A DNA stretch of 64,000 bases, from contig CM082582.2 of NCBI GenBank assembly GCA_040954595.2, positions 7,690,063-7,754,062 of the forward strand, read 5' to 3'. Under the pieces are notes generated by a model. The model was not told the DNA's origin. It was given only the letters and a program-made list of their open reading frames with translations, and did not search any database. Positions 54,678-64,000 of the stretch are shown here, one piece after another; within the stretch, counting starts at the first letter, position 1, and each line of letters opens with the position of its first letter. Both the position numbers and the translations under genes were made by a program. The stretch is from Balanoglossus misakiensis (Eukaryota > Animalia > Hemichordata).

Positions 54678-57600
54678 GGTTTTCACTCAGTAGATTGACA
54701 GTTTAAAAGGCAGCTAAAAGGCAGATTTCTGGTGGTAGAAACATAGCACGTAGATTTCTAGTGATTGATTGAACAGATGTGTAGCTGATATGACTTTCTT
54801 ACAGTACTTGGCTTAAAAGATAACTATCTTAGACATATATATGTTTAAGTGTAAATATGTAAATTGTCTGAAAATGTGCTGTGATATTTAATTCTACTCT
54901 GCACTGGTTGCGTCCAAGAAGAATCCTTATATGCAACTTACCCCAAGTCCAAGAAACAAATATTAATACAGCCAGTCATAAGGATATTTTTTATCATTTG
55001 AAAATGTTTTATTGTAGTCAGTACAGAATAAAATGGCACTGCCTTTCATAATGCAACATCAATATGTGGTGAATTTTGTGTAAGAGTTGTGTGCGATCTA
55101 TTGGCCATGTCTATTGGCTTATATACGGTAGTGAAGCGCCACCTATGTATGAATCACTAATGCTTTTGTTTTTAAGTTTACTTTCGACTTTGCCGTTATT
55201 TATACCTGGTACTTTTACAGTCACTAAACTGTCGCGAGTTTGCATCTGATGTGAGATAACTTTGTATAAGGCGATGGCCGTCGATGTGTTTAGCCATCGC
55301 AATTTGTGTCTAATGCAGAGCGCCAAACGGTATAACGAAGTGAAATACCTAGCTTTTAGAAAAAAAGTATTCCGTTGTCTTCACTTTCAAACCTGCTCAA
55401 TGGATATGGATTCTTTTTCTCTTTTCCTCGAGGGTTTGATAGTCCTGATGAGAGCTCTGAAGTCCCTCTTCGAGCATATGATGTCATTAAGTACCACCGA
55501 TGCGCCGAAAGGGCAATATCTCGTGTGACCCGAAGCAAGGCCTGCTGGACAGAATTCTAATTATGTCGACTATGTCTTACATAAATAGATTTCTGTGATG
55601 CTGATTGGCCTAGTGATGTGCCACCTGCTGTGTGGCCTCGTATCGCAGTGTCATCTCGGTCAGGGGGCCCAATAAAAGTCAGACCTATTTATACATTTTA
55701 AGGAGGGATTTGAACTCTAGCGAGGACATGTTACATTGTCGGATTAGCTGCTGTGACTGTACAGCTCGATGTTTGTTTGGCCGTGTACGACAGGCAACTG
55801 TTTTGCTGTCAAACCCCAGGCCAAACTGCGGCGACAATAATTTGTCAAATTTGTCGCTACGACTCCCGGTTTCTAAAACGTTTCCTTTAAACATTTCGCT
55901 TGGATCACATACATGTATTCTCATTATTGGGTCAGAGTCGACGGTCGTTTTCTACAATTAGCTGCTTGCAGTTTATATTTACCAATCGAGTGGTTGTAAC
56001 TTTTACATAAAAATTTAACAAGAACCAAAATACAGTTTGTTGGTACCCGCAGGCCTGTCTGCGCATGCAGTAATTTATATTTTCTTTAAAATAGAAGAAA
56101 ATAAAGCAAGCTCCATCTTTGAACGGTCAATGACATCTTTTTTCTTCGGATGATGGGGTATGTTACGTGACTATGTCTTCATGCATGGTATTTGTCTTTA
56201 CATAAAACTAATATGTAGTGTATTGAAAACAAAAGGACGTATGGATCAACAAATTATAAGTATTACTTGTAGTATGTTCGTAGTTATAAGCTATTTGCGC
56301 TTTTTCTTATAGATGGGTCTTTCGCATGTAGGCCCATCACCTGGGGAATGAAAAGAAGTGAAGATTTGACGTTTTCCAACATACCTAAACTTTCTGTAGA
56401 CCCCTTATTTCGGGGGCATTCGGACAAGCCGTCTGAAACGAGAATTATTTATATATTTCCAATATCTTTGTTTTAAGTTATAAAGAAGGTAAACCTACGT
56501 GAAGTAAGAATAAGAGAACCAGTAGCACGTAAAATAAAAACTGAAAGGAATCAATACCGCCTGCAAGTGTTTGCTACAGACAAATTACGGTGGATAACCA
56601 CGGTGCTAATATTGTCTGATTGTATAATCGCATTGCTACCTAATTACGCATTTCCCTAACAGTTTGTTTTAATAAGCGTCGCAATGCCCTTATCTGCGAG
56701 CTCATTGGCATAAATAGCCCGGTCACAGTTGATGTAGTTGATACGGGTTATTTGTAAATATGCAGTTGATAACGAAGTGTGCAGTTTAAAAGCGAAGGTG
56801 GTCGCCATTCGCCGTTATCCATATTTATCAACGTTTATCGCATGAAATAGTAATGAACCGTTATTAACATTTTCACTTTCAACAACACTTACTCCCGCAT
56901 ACATCGTCCCGAGAACAAATATTTGAAATATCATTGGCTGGGCATCTACTACTAATCACAGGGACGAGGAATCTATTTGATCGCAATTTAAACATATTAA
57001 AACTCGATGAATGCCACCCGAATGGCTGTAAACGGGGGATTATATATCGATATTCTGTAATCCATGGCAATCATTGTGAGGGAACTGGTTAATTTGCGGT
57101 GCACAGCTGTTCGCGATGTACATTTGCCGCAAGAAAGGGGCAAATCACCCCTGTAATTCCTCGGATGATGAGCCATCCCCATTCCATCATGGCTGCCACA
57201 CGGTGATGCGACGCTTACCCTCTCTATAGCTGTCGTCCGCCTCCGACAAAAGACGCAAATTTCACGGTTTGTCCATCGCGTGGAGAGACCTTTGGATGCG
57301 ACGGAGGGGCTTCGGTAGTGTGCGAACTGCGGAACGATAGCCGTTTTGTCCGGAAACAAAAGGAAGTGAAGGCAACCGCTGTAAGTGTTTTGTATAGTAT
57401 TGCTCGTGCCCGCTCTATTATTTTCAGACGCAACAAAAGCGAAGAGAAAAGGAACCGCACTCAAAGACGTTTCGATCAAAGCACATTTAAGATTACATAC
57501 TCTGAGAAACAAGTTCTGCAACACGTGTCAAAATAACAGGTCTTCGATATAAAGTGTGGGAGACGCATTATCTAGTGACTTTTTTCGTGGCGCTGTCAAG

Positions 57601-57848
57601 AAAACAACACGGATCAAATATATGAGAAGAAAATGCCATCGGTAGCCAGGGAGAGTGTGATGATCTGCATTCCTTCTTCAGAAAGATAACCAGGGTGTGC
57701 GTTCTTTCGTGCGCGTTTTACGCTTTGTGTGAAATTATGACTTTATTGGCGACTGATTTGAGATCAATAACACCAATAACCTGCGAGGAAACAGCCGGGA
57801 AATTTTATTCTGGCGATTTCACGCCATTGTAAAAGGAGGAGTTGGTGA

Positions 57849-58268
<420 letters not shown>

Positions 58269-60227
58269 TGATGGATGCATCGGATTATAAATATGCGCAC
58301 TTCTCGCACACACGGATTGTATGATACCTCATAAAATATGTAGCACACATGTATAAAGTGGGAAGGATGTGACCTCGACTCTTGGCTCTCCATCCTTGAA
58401 ATGTGTTGCACAGGGTTCCCTAATTAACTCCAGATAAATTTTGCCACAATCCTAAATTATGCAATTCCACCATTAGCCACTGAAGAAAATACCAGCATAT
58501 GACCTCATTGCTGCCTGAGTCCATTTTTTTCATTTTAGTTATTTTTCACTAATTTATGGGTTAATCAATTTCATAACTGACATGAATGTGTCCCTCACTC
58601 TGGTATACAACAAAACACCATACATCTAATTAATTATTATATGGACATAATTCTGTGCAGAAATCACAATTTGTTGCATATTATTATTAATATGATAGAA
58701 GTAGAGAATGTGTAATCAGGAATAGAAGTCTTCTTTATGAACGAAATCAGTAGATCATAATGCCATGATTATAAACCATAGACCAGAGCTGTTCTGAATT
58801 GAACAACTTTACAACTGGCAAACTGAACTCGAAAGGGACATGGTAAGAATTAACCAGAGTAGAATATGAACTCATACATATTCACTTGCATCCATATATA
58901 CTGGGAGAGGAGTTTGATATTTGATATATCTGTTGATTGTCGGGGGCCCAGCAAGAGTTTTTTCTCTTGGAGGAATGTTTCAGAATGTTCCAGCTGTATT
59001 ATTAGAGTTAACTTATTAAGTTACCCCCAAAAAAGTGGTAATTAATATTTTTTTTATTGTGGATAATACAACAAGTTGCGGCTTGTCAAGTTTTAATTTT
59101 TGTTGTGTGTGGAAAAAGTGCATACAGTTAACTATTGAGAGACGTTATGTTGTCATAAAATGAATTGACATGAGTTGGTGTAGGAGAGGGACATGAGGAT
59201 TTTTTCCCTGACGCTTGGGGCAAAGAACTCAAGTCCTAGTTTTCCAATTCAGAACCTGTGATAAAACGTTTACAGATTAAAGTAGCATCACAGGTTGAAG
59301 TAGCGTAGTAATGACTTTAAAAGTATTTCACCAAATATTTGTTTTGTTGTATAGCTGACATGTCTGTGAAATTCACAGATTGCAAAATAGTGTCTTTCAC
59401 ATAATAAGAACTCAGTAATTTTAATTTATATGGTTATTTATGATAAACCTGCTTCTATAAAGTTTAACCCAAGGTGTTCAATAATGTACAATATGTTTCC
59501 GTATTTGTACATGCAGTATGCATAGTTACAGTATGACTGATGTACATGTATTCATATATGCATAATGTACCTTTATAACTGAGTAACTATTTTTGGCTGG
59601 ATGCCTGTTTATTTGCAATCTTGTGTAATTTTATTTTATTGTGTTTAATTTTACGACAGTCAGCTCATCACTCTGCAAAAATTCTAAACTGAACATTTAA
59701 CATAGCAACAATTTTCTCCAGCCAGCTTCGGACAGAATTTTTTGCAAGCTAGTCATATGGTCACTAAATATGGTATTTTTTATGAATTTGTAGTTACATA
59801 GCTTGGCTAATCAACGACTTCGGAATTGCATATACAACTCCATGACCTCTAGTATAAATGATCTCTACTGTACAGAAGTTAATTTTAATCATTATGGGGA
59901 CTTGGGGAGTATTCTGAAGTACTTAAAGTCACTGCACTCTTAAAAGTACACCTGCAGAATGTGGCAGCACCACTTGTGAAAATAACTTCTGAATGGTAAA
60001 GATGGTGTGTAGAGGTCAACGGATTTCTCTCATTTATTATGTACTGGCAATTACACTATTATTGCCAGCAAAATGAAACTGGTATTTTTAGTCCCCACAG
60101 AAGAGCATGGGGAGGGAATTAGTAGATTGCCCTCTGCCCATCTGTCTACTTCCATCAGTGATCTGTATATCTCTTGATCAAGTGGGGACTGGGTCATTGA
60201 CAATGACTTTGACACTGGTGATATTCA

Positions 60228-60323
<96 letters not shown>
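60228..60323. repeat. (CAT)n trinucleotide microsatellite in junctophilin intron 1
   Basis: About 32 perfect units, directly visible. Confidence 0.98.
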
Positions 60324-61052
60324 GTTTAAAGCTGTATTGCTGTAAAAATGACGTTTTTAGAGTAATTAGTGTAAAATTTTGCATAAATAGGTTTCATAGC
60401 AAGAACCCCACAAGAAGGGTTGTGCTAGTCAAATAAAAGGCACGCACGTTGTTGTGGGCTCCCTAGGGCAGTATTTCTTAGCAAAACAATGGTACACACA
60501 AATCATATAGCTCGTCGTGTAGACACTTTTTCGTGGATTATTGTCATAAATTTACCAAATTCGCACATAATTAAAAGGGTGAATGATGATCAGTGAACCA
60601 TACACATTATTGTCCAGTTGACCAATTTTTTACAGAAAGGGAGTGCCTCTTTAAATATTTCAGATTGCTCTCTCAAGATATGAATGTGTCATTGATATTA
60701 AGTTATTTATCATTAGCTGTTGATAATATATTAAAAAAATTTTTGCCATGCAAATCTTGATCTGAAAAAAAAAAAAAGGACTGAATTTGATCTGGGCAGT
60801 GTGGAAAGTTCTTACCATTTGACATCGAGTAGAATTTCTATTAATTTGAGAAGTTAATGGTGCAATGTATTTTTGTCTCCTAGAAAATTCACCAGGCATT
60901 TAGAGTGGCTGTCCTGATTTGTAAAATACCTTCAAGTTAGGTTCCTGTGGTTGGTATTTGCCCTTACGAATATGCGCACAGTGCACAACCTCCTTTGATT
61001 TGCTGGTGACTGTGTCGTATGGGACCCATACCCAGAGAGGGAACGACACCCA

Positions 61053-61137
61053 CCCTATCACCCCCATTTTCCTCTTTAGAGGTCCAACTTTACCATAGAA
61101 AACAATGGATTTGGACCAAACCATGGTGGTGAAAGGG
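61053..61137. mobile_element. Short piggyBac-like MITE; related fragments near 40840-40885, 44690-44725 and 48668-48720
   Basis: CCCTATCACCCCC...AGAGGTCCAACTTTACCATAGAAAACAATGG...GGTGGTGAAAGGG. Parts of the core (GGTCCAACTTTACCATAG, AGAAAACARTGGATTT) recur at the other sites. Confidence 0.6.
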
Positions 61138-64000
61138 TATAAGCTGAATGTGCCATGCCCCTCCTGACCTCTCTCGCTTTATCTTATCACAGCGTCTTGT
61201 GTTGCCCCAGCAAGGAATTGACACCGCTGTAAATACTGCAATATGTCATTGGCAACGATGTATGGAGCAGTCATCAGCTGCTCCCCAGAAAATTATTTAT
61301 TAAGGTCTGACTTTGCCCTTGGAAGATTGGTCATTGTAGACCTAACACTCCATCAAACCCAATCCCTGGAAAAGAAAACATATTGCTTCAGATAATTGAT
61401 GGAGAAACCCTTCCTGAACTGATTGCTTTGTGGGGGATGATTATAATCAGAGGTTTACATGCTCATTAGCTTGTGAGTGGGTAATTACAACTGCAGTGTA
61501 CCCAGTTTCAAGTTTGTGATTGTTTTAAGCTGTAAAATCGGCTGAACTGTTTGCATTGCATTGGGCTGGGCGTAGATGAAAGTGGGAGGTGTAAAACTTA
61601 AATATGCTCTTTTTCTTGTCATATTTCAAGATATTGAAAGCAGCATATCCGGTAGCCGTAGTAGTTTCCGTTAGTAATTTGTGTTTTAATTTAAAAACTA
61701 CTCACATTTTCCCTGGCACTTAAGCGTCACTAATAACGATCGTCGTGTATGGTGTGTGTGTGTGTGTGTGTGTGGGGGGGGGGGGGGAACTGATGAAACA
61801 AGTCCTGGCATGAAATTTTGTGGTATTCGAAATTTGTGCCACTTGTGAGTTGTTTCTACAAATGCTGTTGAATCTCTGATGATTGGCAATATTTTTTCAA
61901 AACAGGCAAAGAAATTCAAATATAAGATATCATTCAGTCACGGTGTGAGATTTTTCTGGAAACTTCAGGATAGGTGTCTGTTCTGTTTACAGTGTTTGGA
62001 AAGCTGACATGCTGTGCGACAGATGATATAGTCTGTGGCTTGTAAGATAAAATATGCCTGGCAGTGATTCCCTTCACTGTGTCAGTGCGAGTAATTGTAG
62101 GATGCTATCTGCCTTTTTCAGACCTACCTTTCAATCCATGCTTCTTATTATAACCATAGATGCAGTTACGCCATAGGTTCTTTTTGTGTTGTTCAGAAAG
62201 TCGACCTGATTTTCAAATACATGTACTATTTTTCTTTCATAGAAGATACATTGATTCATAATATTGTTCGACTGATTGATCATGAAACATATTTAATCAT
62301 TGTTACCTCATCTCCTATGTAGCATATATATTAAAGTCTCTCATCCATCTTTTTATATTTTTAGTTTATTATATTTATACATGTTTTGGGTGCAGTGTGT
62401 CACTCAAATTTTAAAAGACCAGTGCTGAGACAGCAGTCTGTCTGTTTTGGTAGCCAACAACACAATTATGTGTATCATCATGGATGAATGATGTCATGCT
62501 TGTCTAATGACATGCTAAGTCTAGTACGTCACCATTCTTCTCAAGTGGTTTGCCTGGCATGCTTTGCCATGGCGTGCTGAGTGACTGTGTTGTTTTTGTC
62601 ATACATTCCTACTTGCTGTGTTGGTTTTCTTCTCAAAATTGACTTCTTGCTTTTGCAATTCATAGTTTAGTTAGAGCGCAATGAAAACAGAGAACCCTTA
62701 ATTGTTAGGGGTGGTACAAAGAGGTTCCTGTACAAAATGTAGCACTTGACATTTAAAAAAAATAAACATGTTTCCATGACAACCATTTTTGAAACTTAAA
62801 ATTTGCATAACAGTGACCATGGCAACCACTCCGTGTAAATATAAAATTCTGACTTTGCGGCTGCTTATGAAAGCAGGATGTTGACATGGAATTTTTAATC
62901 CACTGCCTCTTGGACATTTCCACACAAAAAAATTAAATATTACTGAATGGCAAACTGATGTCATTTTTGCAGCTGATCCTATGCAGATTTGCATGGTGCG
63001 TTTTTATCATTTCATGTAATGGTCTCAATCAATACATTTATAGATATGCAATGTGAAAAAAATGTGAATTTGCAGTAGATGGTATTAACATAAAGAACTA
63101 CCGTCACTCTACTTTGAAGAGCTACTAGATATATTGATCATTATCTATTCATAACATTGTTACGTCAGTAATGTGTAAAGCGCACACCAGCAGGCTGGGA
63201 GCTCTTCTTGTGAAGTGTATCAGACAGTTCAACAAACCCCAGTTACAGAGTTTTCTTACAAGACGGGAATCACCATGATGATTCGCTGAATCTGCACCAT
63301 ACATTCAGATTGAAATCCAGTCTATGAATCATTTTCGAATGCTGTCATTTAGAACGCCGTATTGCTTGCTGCATTTTAACATCATCTGGTGTTTTTGATA
63401 ATACACCGGCAGTGGGTATTTATTACAACCAGCATAAAATTGATACCACAGAAGTACGGTCTACTGAATGGTGAATTTAGATTTCATCCAAAAATGTTCG
63501 CTTGGATATATGTGGCTTGTGCAAGATAAATATTCTGTTAAAGTATATCGTATTTGGGTGAAATTAAAATGCAAGAAGATGGAAGTGTGAATAGGATCAT
63601 TTATACAAATGTATTGTAAATTTCACATGATGCTATGTATGCTGCAATGCAATAGACATGTTTTCCAAAAACAATATTCATTTCACAGCCGTGTAAGCCA
63701 TAGATGATGATCACTGTATACATAGTGTGACTGTAATAACAGTTGCCTTCCGCTGCAATTTGTAAGCATATTAATAGCTCAAACAATAGCTGTTGCAATA
63801 GTGTCATTTACACTGACAAAAGACTGTCAAATTAAATATTTTTTTTTCATCTCTGAGTCAACGATATTGGAAGTCTCATTGACGAAGAGCTGGGAAAAAA
63901 ATCAACTGAACAAAGACAGCTATTCTTGGGATTTTGAAATCGGGGTTAAAATTGACATTGGATGGAGATCATATTTCATTGGATAGAAACCCCAAAATAT

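Noticed and set aside
55445-55515. CTGATGAG followed later by CGAAA, resembling a hammerhead ribozyme core
   Set aside because: The bases after CUGAUGA do not pair with those before GAAA, so stem II cannot form.
60107-60436. Poly-Ser and poly-Asp ORFs
   Set aside because: Artefacts of the (CAT)n repeat in junctophilin intron 1.

Overview
Eukaryotic (animal) genomic DNA, not prokaryotic. It is AT-rich and intron-dense, with GT-AG introns, microsatellites and MITEs. Gene content suggests an invertebrate with single pre-duplication copies of vertebrate gene families, plausibly a marine deuterostome, but the taxon cannot be fixed from sequence alone. By hand-splicing I reconstructed eight complete genes and the start of a ninth: ZFAND1 (-), PSMG2 (+), GTP-dependent PEPCK with a mitochondrial-type leader (-), PTPN1/PTPN2 pro-orthologue (-), EIF2S2 (-), NOB1 (-), WWP1/WWP2/ITCH-type HECT E3 ligase (+), an FMO-family flavin monooxygenase (+) and the first coding exon of junctophilin (+). 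Most notable: (1) a hidden alternative last exon of the phosphatase that would swap its ER tail anchor for a basic tail ending in -SKL (PTS1-like), paralleling the vertebrate TC48/TC45 switch; (2) two alternative PEPCK N-termini, one needing a 5-nt microexon, beside two perfect DR4 nuclear-receptor elements; (3) gene neighbourhood matching the human 8q/14q/16q/18p/20q paralogon; (4) sharply bounded high-GC3 tracts inside exons; (5) several TTAA- and TA-flanked MITE families and hairpins. All splice models are predictions without transcript evidence, and comparisons to human genes are from memory.
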